The notes beneath the pieces were generated by a model, which saw only the letters and a list, made by a program, of their open reading frames with translations, was not told the origin of the DNA and searched no databases. A stretch of 64,000 nucleotides of DNA. Origin: the human T2T-CHM13v2.0 reference genome, Homo sapiens. Each line of letters begins with the position of its first letter. The first letter of the stretch is position 1. Of this stretch, positions 44,593-60,614 are shown one piece after another. Made by a program: the position numbers and the translations under genes. The stretch is taken from the NCBI RefSeq assembly GCF_009914755.1, contig NC_060942.1. One strand, written 5' to 3'.

Positions 44593-44879
44593 CTGAGAGA
44601 AGGGAAAACCAACTCAATTAAAAAGGCAGATTTGATGCTTCCAAATGCACACATATTTGAATTACAGGAAAACACTACATGTGGGGAAGTTCTACAAATG
44701 AACCATCTCTCTCTTGCTATTGCTGCATGGATTCACGTTGCCATGTGCCAACAGGAGACAGGCATTGTGTTGCCGGAAATCTGTGCATCTTAGTGGCACA
44801 TGCGCACGGGGCCAGAATTGTGAACTGAAATTAAATCTACTAGGTCAAAACAAGTCTAACGAAATTACTGTAGAAATCA

Positions 44880-45181
44880 GGCCAGGCACAGTGGTTCACG
44901 CCTGCAATTATGGCACTTTGGGATACAGAGGTGGGAAGATCACTTGAGCCCAGGAGTTTGAGACCAGCCTGGACAACATAGTGAGACCCCCGTCTCTACA
45001 AATAATCAAAAAATTAGCTGGGCGTGATAGCACATGCCTGTAGTCCCAGCCACTTGGGGGCCTGAAGCGGGAGGATTGCTTGAGCCCAAGAGGTCAAGGA
45101 TACAGTGAGCTTTGATGGTGTCACTGCACTCCAGCCTGGGTGACAGAGTAAGATCCTGTCTCAATTAAAAAAAAAAAAAAA
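44880..45181 (+). mobile_element. Alu (AluJ-like)
   Basis: J-type ggattgcttgagcccaagaggtcaagg. Confidence 0.9.
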
Positions 45182-45361
45182 GTAATTTCCTCTTGTTTCC
45201 AAAACACAAACTATACCCAAATTTAACTGAAGAAGGCTACATAGAAAACTGGAGGCCTCACGGTTTGGACATAAACCCCCAATAAAGTGATTTATTACTT
45301 TCTCTTGGAAGATAGTATACATTGCACAATATTTATTAAAGGACACTAAAATATTTTTTGG

Positions 45362-45670
45362 ATTTTCTTTTCTTTTCTTTTTTTTCTGAGACAGAGTCTT
45401 GCTCTGTTGCCCAGGCTGGAATGCAGTGGCCCGATATCGGCTCACTGCAAGCTCCGCCTCCCGGGTTCACGTCGTTCTCCTGCCTCAGCCTCCTGAGTAG
45501 CTGGGACTACAGGCGCCCATCACCACGCCCAGCTAATTTTTTTTGTATTTTTAGTAGAGACGGGGTTTCACCGTGTTAGCCAGGATGGTCTCAATCTCCT
45601 GACCTTGTGATCTGCCCACCTCGGTCTCCCAAAGTGCTGGGATGACAGGCGTGAGCCACCGCACCCAGCC
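45362..45670 (-). mobile_element. AluY-like
   Basis: ctgcaagctccgcctcccgggttcacg; TSD ttttttggattttct. Confidence 0.93.
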
Positions 45671-45789
45671 ATTTTTTGGATTTTCTAACCATCAATGCAA
45701 CAACTAGGTTCTTGAAGAAAACCTAGAATAAGGTGTCTTAAGGGTGTCCTGTCTTCCACTTTGATTCCTATCATCTGCATTAAGGTGTA

Positions 45790-46102
45790 TTGTTTTTGTT
45801 TTTGATTTTTAAGATAGAGTCTTTCTCTGTTGTTCAGGCTGAAGTGCAGTGTTGCCATCACAGCTCACTACAGCCTTGAATCCCTAGGCTCAAGTGATCC
45901 TCCTGCCTCAGTCTCCCAAGTAGCTGAGACCACAGGCGTGTGCCACCACACCAGGCTAAATTTTTTTTTAATCGTTATTTTTTGCAAAGACAGGGTCTTG
46001 CTTTGTTGCCCAGGCTGGTCTTGAATTCCTGGCTTCAAACGATCCTCCTGCCTCAGTCTCCCAAAGTGCAGTGATTACAGGTGTGAGCCACTGTGCCTGG
46101 CC
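45790..46102 (-). mobile_element. Alu (AluJ-like)
   Basis: Diverged Alu dimer. Confidence 0.9.
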
Positions 46103-46244
46103 CACATTGAGTTTTTTTTTTTTTTTTAAATTCACAAAGCTATTCAACAGATTAAAGTCCAGAAAATATATAGAAGAACAGGCCTGAAACTTGCTACAGC
46201 AAAGCAACTCTCAGTTAAGCAAGAGCGTGGATGACAGTGCTCAC

Positions 46245-46381
46245 CTGGCACCCCACCTCCGCATCGTAGCCCCAGTGCCCATCCTCACATTCTTCACACT
46301 TCACACCCTGTGTGTGAGGGGGGCAGACACACTCTCCAGTTTCTGGGTCGCAGGTATTCTGAGTGTGTGGGCAGTCACAGG
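46245..46381 (-). CDS. LAMA1: LAMA1 exon ~22 (LE)
   Basis: cag|CC TGT...CAG|gtgag; 137 nt, phase 1-0; CDCPHTQNTCDPETGECVC...DAEVGCQ. Confidence 0.96.
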
Positions 46382-46649
46382 CTGAAATAAAGATGAATGC
46401 TGGGTTACAGATCTGGGTGATGTCATTAAAGGGCTAAGAGCTGATGCTGTTATTTCCCTTTTATTAAGAGTCCAAGCCACTCTTCTCACTCCTAAAAGAC
46501 GCCTCACAATTCCCAAGACCCCTCCATGTCTCATGGAGGTAGCCGGCCCTCCATCTCAGGAGATGCTGAGGGAAGCGGGGAAATGGGGACAGGACAGGGG
46601 AAATAGAGAAAAGAGTGAAAAAGCCCTCACTAGGTGATCACAGAGGGAG

Positions 46650-46850
46650 CCAATATTTACTAAGCACTTACTGCAGGCCCAATGCCATGCCGAGGACTTT
46701 ATATAGAACACTTACACTAACTTCTCAATGCAGATTCTCATTAGCATCCCCATTTTACAGATGAGGAAACTGAGGCCAAGCAAAGTTAAGTAATGAATCT
46801 AAGCTCCCACAATTAGTAGGCGGCAGAGCCATGACCAAAACTTAGGCTTG
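46650..46850 (-). mobile_element. MIR
   Basis: MIR core ccccattttacagatgaggaaactgaggcc. Weaker MIR-like matches at ~920-1130, 21370-21560, 28600-28700, 50040-50150 and 52430-52640. Confidence 0.8.
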
Positions 46851-47013
46851 TACCCTGATAGGGACCAGAAACCAGAAAAAAGGTATGAAATCCTCCAGGG
46901 AAAGAAGAGAAAAAGTAAAGGCACTTAACCAAAATTAGTTGGAAGTAGAGGGAGGGCCCAAGGAAAGCTCTGGGAATGACTACAAAGTCTCAAACAAGGA
47001 AATCAAGGCTTAC

Positions 47014-47194
47014 GTGTACAGCTACCATCCTGGTAGGCGTAGAAGCCATGGGCACACCTGTCACACCTTTTCCCTGCCACACCTGGGACACAGTGACACT
47101 GGCCTTCATCCGTGCAGCCATCTGACACGGAGCCTGCCACGCTGCAGTTGCAGGGCCGGCAGCCATGGCCTGAGTCCAGCCCATAATAGCCATG
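47014..47194 (-). CDS. LAMA1: LAMA1 exon ~21 (LE)
   Basis: cag|CAT...C|gtaag; 181 nt, phase 0-1; HGYYGLDSGHGCRPCNC...AYQDGSCT. Confidence 0.96.
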
Positions 47195-47382
47195 CTGTTT
47201 CACCAAAGGGGGAGAAAGTGGAAACCAACATACGTTTTAATAAATGACTCCTCATATTAGTATGTTCCAGAACACACACAGGGTATTTCATAGAATCATA
47301 AAGTATTCATGACACCATCCCCATCCCTTTATAGCAAACATCCACTCTCTAGACAGGCACGGCACTTGTCAGCCACACTTTA

Positions 47383-47716
47383 TGACATGGTTTGACTCTG
47401 TGTCCCCACCCAAATCTCAAATCGAATTGTAATCCCCATGTGTCAAAGGAGAGAGGTGATTTGATCATAGGGGCAGCTCCCCATGCTGTTCTGGTGATAG
47501 TGAATTCTCATGAGATCTGATGATTTTATAAGTGTTGACAGTTACTCTCTCCTGCTGCCTTGTAAAGAAGGTGCCTGCTTCCCCTTCCACCATGATTGTA
47601 AGTTTCCTGAGGCCTCCCCAACCATGCGAAACTGTGAGTCAATCAAACCTCCTTTGTTGATAAATTCCCCAGTCTTGGGTAGTATCTCTATAGCAGTGTG
47701 AGAACAAACTAATACA
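47383..47716 (+). mobile_element. THE1 (THE1D-like) MaLR solo LTR
   Basis: tgacatggtttgactctgtgtccccacccaaatctca...ccatgattgtaagtttcctgaggcctcccca...aactaataca. Confidence 0.9.
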
Positions 47717-47800
47717 CTTGGGGACTTAGCTCCTTCTGAGTCATGGATTCAATCGCCTCTGTACCAAGGCTAAGGTGTCAATTAGTCACATGCATCTTAC

Positions 47801-47907
47801 CAAGCACTGGTCACACTGCTGTCCAGTCACGTTTGGTTTGCAGTCACAGAGCCCGGTCTCAAGATGGCACACGGCAGAATGGGAGCCTTTCACATGGCAT
47901 TCACAGG
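47801..47907 (-). CDS. LAMA1: LAMA1 exon ~20 (LE)
   Basis: tag|CC TGT...TTG|gtaag; 107 nt, phase 1-0; CECHVKGSHSAVCHLETGLCDCKPNVTGQQCDQCL. Confidence 0.96.
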
Positions 47908-48569
47908 CTAAACACATGCACACAAAGACATATTAACCCTCACTTCTGAGGATGGTTATCATAAGATCCGTCATCCCCAAAGGAAAAAAAAAATGTAAAC
48001 TTTCAATGTTTCAAATCACAAAACTAAAAATAATATTATTGGCAATAACTTTAGAAGTTTAGCATTTTTCTGAAGAGTAAACTGAAACAGGGTTAGTGGA
48101 AGGATCCATCACAGGAAAAACACATTGAAGCTATTAAGACAATAATTAGCGAATTCGCTTCACCAATTTCATGACTTCCTCGACATATTTTAAATGAGCT
48201 ACAAATTCCCATGAAAAACATGCAATGGAGATTTCAAAATCAACTTAGCCATTTGCCCTGATTCCAATCAGGTACATATTCAATATTTTAAAGCTCAGTT
48301 AAAACGTAATCTAAATAAGTACATATTAATATTATATTTCATAATTTAATGAAAAATATCTTTTCATTAAATATGATATCCCAGTTCTAAGTCATGAGTC
48401 ATTTGTAGTTTCAGGTCAGATGGTTCCATTTTATCTACAGTTACAACATTGATGCTTAAAGCTACAAAGTTCCCTACCTTTGCAAAGTGATACAATCTTA
48501 CGGGTCCAAAATATATTTAATCAATATTCACAGGGGAACCCTTAATAAGCACTTCAGTTAGAATATTTA

Positions 48570-49217
<648 letters not shown>

Positions 49218-50133
49218 CCCAGGCACTCTTTATAAATGTGTGGACTCAGAACATGTACAGTGTGTGTCATGACATAACAATGTAAGAAAAAAGAGAGAAA
49301 AACTTCACAAATAATGGAAGGCCTAAACACGACCTGGAGGCTGCAGCAAGAGTGCTGGACATGGGACATGACATGGGAAGGTCAGGGGCAGAGGAAACGT
49401 GCTGGGATCCGCCTCCTTCATGATCTAGGCCAGGCTGGCCGTCTGTTTTCCTGGAGTGGGGGCCTTAATGCTGCAGTCCCACGAGAGGCCCCATTCACCG
49501 GTGCCCTTCAGGGACTTGCTCCATCAACCCCGTAGCTGGACCGTGCGGACTCTGCTGCTAACTCCCCAGCACATCCTTCTCCACTGCCCCCATCAAACAC
49601 AAGACACCCCCTCCCTTTTATCCTCCATCAGAACATCCACCTCCCTGGCACGTCCGTCCAATCCAAGTTTCGCATAGTGTCCTCCTGGCCCCTTGTCTGC
49701 TGCAACTGTTCTCCCTAAAGTCTCCAGAGATTTCCCAGGCACCAAATTCAGGGAGCAGACTTCGGTCCCCCTCTTACCCCGTGGCTCTGCGGAAGGGACC
49801 CCGTGACCTCCCTCTCCCTTTTGCATCGCCCTCTTCCTGTGGTATTTGGGACGCCCACTCTCCTGCCCTCCCTCTTGTTTCTCGTGTGTCTCCCCTCCGT
49901 GTTTCATTTCAAGCCGCCTCTTTCTCTGGGGAATATTTAAAGTTCAATGCAAGTATGATCAATGTAAACTATTGATGATAATTTAAAAAATCATATTCAC
50001 TGTATGATGTGTCTGTTAGTCTGTGCCTGTCACATTCAGTATTTCTTTGTACTTTCACCACAAACCAAGGAGGGAGGCGAAATAATGTTCTCTATTTTCG
50101 GTGTGAAATCTACAACTTGGAAAGATTAGATAA

Positions 50134-50523
<390 letters not shown>

Positions 50524-50878
50524 TAAAATAGTATTTATGTTATAAATAGTACTAATTTAAAATAGTGTTATTTTAGGCCAATTACTGAATAGCCAGGTAC
50601 TTTATATATATTTTAATTCTCAGGAGTAGCTCACAATATAAAAATTATCCTCATTTAACTTATTTAATATAAGAGTCCTTTAATATTAGAGTTCTGTGAG
50701 GTTTCTCACCACCCTCATCTCCCTCAGTGCTCTACTCTACCTGGACGGCCTGTCCACACCTCCGGCTGCAGCCGCTGCCCCACAGCAGAGGCAGGAGGTG
50801 AACCTGACGATCAGTTTCTCCTCCTACCAAGCTTCAAGTGAGTGAGAGTTATGGGGGGTGAGGGGAAACAGATAAATA

Positions 50879-50956
50879 CTGGGTTGAACTATACGCGCTT
50901 GCTTTAGAGAAGGTCAATCACACACAACACCGGCACTTGCACTTGGTTTAACCTAA
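50879..50956. mobile_element. MADE2-like mariner MITE relic
   Basis: About 80 bp with degenerate inverted ends gggttgaacta...tggtttaacctaa. Confidence 0.45.
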
Positions 50957-51814
50957 CAGACTATAGTATTATATAAGAATGGGGGGCCCTACAAGAAGTC
51001 CACAGAGGGAACCCTGTTATAGAAATGGAAGGACTGCTCGTGGGATATGCAGAAACAGTTCACAGGACTTTGTCTCATCGAAGCGAGGGGATGCGAGAGA
51101 AGGGATGAGAAAGGATAAAAGCTGTTAAGTGTTCAGAAACCAGAGACAGCCTGGTCAGCATCAGCCCTACTAGCCCAGGCCCAGACCCAAACCCCAGCTG
51201 CTCTAACCGTCCTTCCTCCACCTTCCAACCTGTCATCAAGACCTATTTTACGTCTTCTCTTTTATCTCCATGGCAAAGGCCCTACCTGAAGCCCTCATCA
51301 ATGCTTACCAGAAAGATTCATTTCGGGTCTTGTCTCCTAACCCAACACCCCTGGCAGCCATTCCCTCCTCAACGCTGGCAGCAGGGCGATATTCAAACAC
51401 ACAGCTCCAATCACACCCTGGCCCACTCCATGTCTGCACAAGTTGCTGGTGAGTCCCAGGACAGGGAGGACGAGGTGACCTCAGCACCTCAACACTGCAC
51501 AGGAGACCCTTCCGACGTGGCTGCTTCCCACCTATCAGCCCGAGACCTCCCCTCCCTGTCTCTGTCTTTTCCATTCTGGTCACTCTCTCTCCAGTGTCTA
51601 CCTCGGGCAGGGCCTGCCTACTTGCCTGGGCCCGTCTTCCCACGCTGGTCACTCTTCTTGGGGCTCTTCTTCCCATCCTTCAGGTCTCAGATGAACAGCA
51701 CCCCCTTCAGGAGGCAGCCCGGGCCACCCTGGGCTGATGGGCCTGCCCGCCTCCGTGCCTTCAAGTGCAACCCCCGACAGTCATTCATCGCCTTGACCTT
51801 CACAGTCCTGTCCT

Positions 51815-52303
51815 GTGGCCGCTAACCACACATGTCTACCAAATGCTGGAGATGTGGCTGATGCAAGCGAAGAACCAAATCTCTGAGTTTAAATTTAAAT
51901 ACTGAAGCGGTTTTGTCAATGTGGATGCCAATATTAAAGAAAATAATTTTTGGTACAGGACGGAAAAATTTTAAATATGTTTGAACTACCTTTTCAATTG
52001 TAAATTTTCTGTAATCTACATGTAGATCAAGTATTTCTGAGGAAAATGTAGCATCCTAATTGAGCTGGGCTATAAAATATACACTCAATTTTGATGACTC
52101 AGTACTAAAAAAGAAAGTAAATATTGCTTAATACTTTTAAAACCTGATCACATGACAAAATGCTTATTTTTAATATATCAGCTCAGATAGAATGTATTAT
52201 TAAAATACATTTCACCTACTTCTTTTTACTATTGAAAAATGTGACTACTAAAAAATTTTAAATTACATGGGTGGTTTACATTGTATTTCTGTTGGACAGC
52301 AGT
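51815..52303. mobile_element. Charlie1/MER33-like hAT relic
   Basis: agatcaagtatttctgaggaaaat; aatgtgactactaaaaaattttaaattacat; tatttctgttggacagcagtg. Confidence 0.75.
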
Positions 52304-52310
52304 GGAGTGA

Positions 52311-52410
52311 AAATATAATAATATATTATATTATATAATATATATTATATAATATAATAATATATTATATTATATTATATATATTATATATTAGAAAATA
52401 TAATAATAAT
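52311..52410. repeat. AT-only low-complexity, quasi-palindromic tract
   Basis: About 100 bp of interleaved TATAA/TTATA units with a single G. Confidence 0.9.
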
Positions 52411-53686
52411 TGGTTTATTACTAGTAATTATAATAGCTGCCATTTATTTCATGTCTAGAACTTTAAATGTTACCGCACTGACTTCTCAGAAAGGCCTTGA
52501 TATACACATATAATTATGTCTATTTTATGAATAACAAAATAGTGGCTCAGAGAGGCTAATAAATTAGCCCAATGTCACACAGTTGGTCCTGGAATAAAAC
52601 TCACATTAGTCGAGACTCCAACACCTGGATCCACAGGTATGTTTTCCCCCCATACCATCATCATGTGTAGCTTCCCAGTAGACTTGAATCACAATTTCCC
52701 AACTACCTGTCGCAGTTCTTAGTACAGTGTCTGGGAAATACCGGACACTTAATAAACAATGAATGAACGGAGGAATGAATCACCAAGGCTTGCAGTAATG
52801 ATGAAAAGAAATGACATGAAAATGATAAAAACATTCTACAAATCGTGAAGCCTTGTAGAAATGCTGTTATCATAATTATCCTGGTATGATAGCCAGTCAA
52901 GGTGGCCACCTGCTGGAGATCAGCTTGATTGGCCCAGGGCCATAAAACATTTCCAATCTCTCCACGTGTGCCTGGGAAAGTATGTTTTCTGTACAGCTGG
53001 TGCCCTCTTGTGTCCCCATGTCGTAGTACCATAGTATGACTGGCGTTTATATGAAATACTCAAAATAATTTATAATTGCCACTTTTGTTCTTTCACTCCT
53101 TCAAAATCTGAGGGCTGAATCATCCCTCCGGCCAGGTCATCTGCTGTGCAGGAGAATCTAGTTTTCTCCACGATCCATAATTTCAAGGATCGAATTCAGC
53201 AGAGTGCCATAGGGGTCGGGCAGTTCTGGCACAGAGGGCTAAGATGCACCACACGGTGCTTTACGCAGTTTCTGGGGTTACAGTCTTACCATTTCCCACC
53301 CTTCATCTTGGAATCCCATCTGCCTCGTGCAGCCTCTGAAGCATCTCCCTTACGAATGTGACAGGCTCTGAGCTTCCCCACTTTCATTTCAGTCACGGGG
53401 AGCAGAGCCGGAACTCTGTCAAGTCACACTGGCCGCTCGGGTGGCAGGCTGCATCTTTCCAGGCCACTGACCCCTATGGGTTATGACTAACCAAGCTCAG
53501 GATAGGGTAGCTAGGGAAGAACTGGGTCGTGGGTCTGTATTTGATCAGAGACCCAGCATTAATGCAAGTAACCCCTCAAGAGAGTGTGACCTCCTAGGCG
53601 GGGCCCTGTGTGACACATGTGACTATACGGTTGAAGACTTCCTATGGCAATAAACAGCTGACCTGACTTCACGCTCACGCACTCAC

Positions 53687-53898
53687 CGCGGCAGTTCTTG
53701 GCTGTCACAGCGTCCCCATAGAACCCGTCAGCACACCTTTCACAGTGGGCGCCATCTGTGTTCCCCAGGCACTTCAGGCACTCCCCGGTGACTGAGTCAC
53801 AGTGACCAGCCTCCGAGGGGTCCACGTTGCCGCTGCAGTCACAGGGAACACAAGATTCGCCAGGCACTGTTGGGTTTCCATAGTAACCATCTGCACAT
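53687..53898 (-). CDS. LAMA1: LAMA1 exon ~19 (LE)
   Basis: cag|A TGT...G|gtgagt; 212 nt, phase 2-1; CADGYYGNPTVPGESCVPCDC...AVTAKNCR. Confidence 0.97.
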
Positions 53899-54354
53899 CT
53901 GTATCAAAGATTGAAAGTGGGATCAGACAAATGCAGTTACTTAAGGCCTTACCGCACTATCCAGGGACTCCCTGAATGGCTAATAAATCAGACGGACTCT
54001 GTTCCCTGAGATTTACTGTGAAAGGGATATGACTCCCCACTCGGGCATTCCCAGATCTCCTTCACCTGTCGCGGTGAAGGGGGAGAGCATCCAAAATGAG
54101 GCATAAATCCAGGGGACATGCACCTGTTTCCAGGGCCAACTCTGACCCACCCCTGACCACTCCGGATGCCGCACAGCCTCCTGCAGGCTCAGCCAGAGCT
54201 GGGCACTGAGACGCACACATAGGAAAGACAGCACTGGCCTTCAGGAGCCAGAAGACGGCTACTAAAGCAAACCACCTGTCATCTCCAGAACAGCCCGGAG
54301 CAATGGAATATTCAAATGTGTGAACCACAGATACCGACTCCTTGCTGCTTCCTA

Positions 54355-54666
<312 letters not shown>

Positions 54667-54902
54667 TATTGTTCTTGATGAGAACTCAGATTAGCCAGGA
54701 AAAGAGTACCGTTCTTTAAAAATTCCCAGTAAGGTTTAACATTAATTTTAAAACATGAAATACTGATTTTTCTCAATGATTCTATGAAATAACAATTATG
54801 CATCAAAACTCCAAAACCACACTTAACTACGCATTTAAAAATAAACACATAGAATTTATATTTAATTTCGAAAATGTGTTGAAGCCAGTGGATGCAGAGT
54901 AC

Positions 54903-54989
54903 CTCTCACACCAAGCTCCTGAGTAGCCCGGGGCACACCAGTCACAGACCACTTCATCTCCATCATTGAGGTGGCAGGTGGGGCTGAAA
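54903..54989 (-). CDS. LAMA1: LAMA1 exon ~18 (LE)
   Basis: cag|T TTC...AG|gtact; 87 nt, phase 2-2; FSPTCHLNDGDEVVCDWCAPGYSGAWCE. Confidence 0.96.
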
Positions 54990-55689
54990 CTGTCAAAACA
55001 TTAGAAATGAACAAAATTTTCCAATGGATGAAGCCGAATTTCTAACTATTTAAAATGCTTCATTTCTACTACTCCTGTGCTTCCAGACCTTCAATGAGAC
55101 CTCCTTAGCTCAGAATCCGGGGCCTCTGGTCACCCAGCCCACCCTGTGAGTCTCAACCCCTCACAGACTCCTGGTCCCATGATCCAGGCACTGACACTCA
55201 CTCCTCACTCCCTGCTCCCTACTCCTCTCATTCTCAGCCCACAGCGCGCCTGCTTCTCTCGCTGTCTGCCTGGGTTAACCCAGCTCAGCCCCAGTGCCCA
55301 ACTCAGCTGATGCTTCCTCCAGGAGGCCTGCTCGGGTGCTCCTAGGATGCTGGGTTCCCCAGCTCGGGTTCCCTGGCACTGACTTCCCACCTCAGAGCAC
55401 TGCCCATACCAGGGCAAAAGTGAGCTCACTCAAACACAAAGTGGTCAGGAGGCTCTCGCACCTCTCCAGGGACCCCCTGCTAACGGATGCCCCTTCCAAC
55501 CCTATTCCTAAACCTTGAGGATCCTGTGCAGGGTGGATGACAGTACCCACCCCCAATTTCATCATGAGTAACCCTGACTGCATCCTTTTTATATACTGGG
55601 AATTCTTTGAGAGTGGGTGAAGGAAGAGTTCTAAAGGTTAAACCAGCGAGAGACAGAGGCTTTTAAGCTGCTGGCCTGTGGGATGCACT

Positions 55690-56092
55690 TGCCCCAGTGT
55701 GACTATAAGACCTTGCCTGGTACATCTCCTTCCACCTCCCTCCATGCCTTCTGTTCCATGGCCTGCTGCAGTTCCTCAAATGGGCGATGCCTGTTCCTGC
55801 TGCCATGCCATGGCACGCCCAGCTCCATCTGCCTAGAACGCCCGTCTATGCTGCCTGTGAAACTCCTTCTCCTGCAAATCTGAGAGAAGAGCTTCCTGCA
55901 CCCACCTAGGTAGGCTGGACACTGCTCTCCCTCCTCCCCACCATCTGGTGGACAGGCCTCACTACAGTCACGACCACACTGAGTCCCCTGGGGCCCACGG
56001 CCAGGTGAGAACAGTTTGCTATTCAGAACACCTGCTGTAAAACTCAGGACACAGTAGGCACTCCATAAATATCTGTTGAATCAATGAATGGA
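55690..56092. mobile_element. L2 3' fragment
   Basis: Ends ggacacagtaggcactccataaatatctgttgaatcaatgaatg (L2 terminus). Similar termini near 6990, 20870 and 23600. Confidence 0.65.
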
Positions 56093-56501
56093 TTTAGACT
56101 GCTCTTGTTTAGCCTCATGCGTACATATTTTGGTCATTAGATCAAAAACTCCCTAAGTCGAGGGACAATGTTTTATTCCTCTCTGTATCCCTCCACCTCC
56201 TAGCCCACTGGTAAGTAGACAACATATACTTGTGAAACAACTGATGACCAAGAGGAATCAAGAGGGAAAACGGCGTGTATAGGTCCTTGCTGGCACACAC
56301 CTCTTCTTGCCTGCTTTCATAAGCCAAACGTTGGTTTACAAGAAAATAACCCACCCCTCTGTCTTTAATCCAAATCAATTGTCACTGGGCAAAATTCACA
56401 CACGTATTACACACACAGTCTTGCTCTGAAGTCATTAGTACGCATCTGGGTGGGAATCCTGGCCATGCTGGCAGGAACCGCTGATGAGGTCCGAGGCTTA
56501 C

Positions 56502-56629
56502 TTGTTGGAGGCTATGGTGAGAGGGCAGGCGCAGGGCTGGCAGTCCCCAGGTGTCCCTCGGGAAGGCTCCCCGTAGAAGCCGGGCAAGCACTGCTCACAG
56601 TGGACGCCGGTGGTGTTGTGCGCACACGC
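56502..56629 (-). CDS. LAMA1: LAMA1 exon ~17 (LE)
   Basis: tag|GCG...AA|gtaag; 128 nt, phase 0-2; ACAHNTTGVHCEQCLPGFYGEPSRGTPGDCQPCACPLTIASN. Confidence 0.96.
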
Positions 56630-57085
56630 CTAGGAACATGCACCAGAAGAATCAGCTCAGGTTGTCTTAAAGGATTTTCAGATTTATCTATAAGCAACTT
56701 GAAGTCCAAGCGGAAAAAAAAAAGACAAAATGCTAAAACCAGTCACCAACCTCTGAGCTATATGAGGAAGGCCTCCTGTTTTCAGATTAATATCAGCAAG
56801 TGTAATTTGTATAAATGAGAAATCTGAGAGCTTTCTCTCTGACTGATGAGCATGGACAAGGGCAGGAGATGGAGGATCAAGCTTTTGCAAACATGACAGC
56901 AAGTGCTGCTTCGGCCAGAACCTTCCGACTGCTACCTCTAAGGGGAATTCTGATGAAGAGTGGGATATGCACGTGGTCTCACAGTGTCCGCCTCCAACTG
57001 TTTTTTAGTTGCAAAAGGAAAGAATCGTTCATATATAGTGGAAAAATTGACCAACACCTTGCCTGTGTAATCAGAATTAATATCA

Positions 57086-57522
<437 letters not shown>

Positions 57523-57539
57523 GATTATATTATTCAAAA

Positions 57540-59270
<1,731 letters not shown>

Positions 59271-59663
59271 CAGTCGGTGGTTAGGAGGTGTGCAGGAGCA
59301 AAGGGGAGGGGTGCGGAGGTCGGCACTGGGGCCAGGACCAGGCAGCACTGACCCCCGGGCAGCTACGGGCTCGAAGGGAGCGGGGCTTGTTCTGCACACG
59401 TGTGTCGCTGCTCCTCTTGGTGTGCACCTCAGCTCCCATTTCCCCGTGTCCCCTTCTCCTACGGCCACTCATTTTACATACTTTCATTGGTCATTTTTCA
59501 TCTAGCAATTTAGTATTTTCAGTTTCTAAACCATATACATTTCCATCATTCCTCAGGTTGATGAAAGTTTTCCCATATACCACATTTAATTTGGAATTGT
59601 AAGCATTTGTATTACATCCATTTTACTCCAGGGTTTCATCAGTTTTACTTAGGGTTATCCTAG

Positions 59664-59815
59664 ACCAGAGCATCTAAACTGGAATATGAATCTATTAATA
59701 AGTGCACCTGGGTTACCTGTAGACTCTGGTTCAGGGGATCTGAGGTGGGGCCTGAGTTTCTGCACTTCTAGCAAGCTCCCAGGTGATGCCCACACTGCTG
59801 GTCCTCAGACAACAG
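59664..59815. mobile_element. MER5A-like relic
   Basis: ctgaggtggggcctgagtttctgcacttctagcaagctcccaggtgatgcc. Confidence 0.75.
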
Positions 59816-60614
59816 AGTCTTAGACCCTTTTTTCCTTCCCATCCTTCATAGGACCTTGGGTTTGATAATGAATCCAAATTAATTCAAGATGCAACTGGTC
59901 TTAGTAAAGGGTTACATGGTTGAGCTAAAAGTATTCTGCAGAGTAACTGCAATTTCATTTTAAAAATATTTGATAATGCTCATTTGGAACATGTCTATGG
60001 TATGTTTTCTTTGATCAAGGAGTCAGATAGTGCTTTCTTTCTCTTTGGGGAAACTAGTATGTAGTTCTGTTGAAAAACCCACTGAGGGTCTGTTTCAGTG
60101 CTTTTTCAGGCGTGTGCCACCAGCCCTTTACCTGACTGTCCCTGTTGGTGAATCTGGTATGTGAAGGAATGAGACTATTCCTCTCCTTGGGGAGGAAAAA
60201 CATCTTTCGATTGAAAAAAGAAAGACATGAGGGCCCAAGACATGCACAATTTACTGTGATGCCATTCTCTTTTCTAAATCATGCCAAGCTGCAAGGAAAA
60301 TACACAGACTTCTCCTTTGAATAAAGAGCTAAGAGAGCTCAGAGAGAAAAACAGGGGCTCTAAGAGCAACTGGAACCTCATCTCTAATGAACTGTGAATA
60401 AAGAATTAACTCCTGGAAGCTAGATAGTTATACGCAAGGCCCAGGGCTATGAACAACTACACAAAAGGAAGAATTCAAGCTTGTTTTTACAATATATTAG
60501 AAAAAAAAAAACCAGCAAGGTTAGATTTAACAGATATATGATGCTACCACGTTTTTTGTATTTCCTTAAATTCTAATTTAAATTTTTATTATTTTTGCCC
60601 TCTCAAACATTAAT

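Noticed and set aside
48344-48372. 12-bp-arm hairpin atttaatgaaaa/ttttcattaaat as a miRNA or terminator
   Set aside because: Too short and AT-rich; plausible by chance
51301-51825. 174-aa plus-strand ORF and overlapping 123-aa minus-strand ORF
   Set aside because: Pro/Ser/Leu-rich translation of C-rich, probably L2-derived intron; no splice or family support
53795-53835. NVDPSEAGH as a nidogen-binding loop
   Set aside because: Resembles the gamma-1 NIDPNAV loop only as a paralogous LE repeat; the key Asn and Val residues are absent
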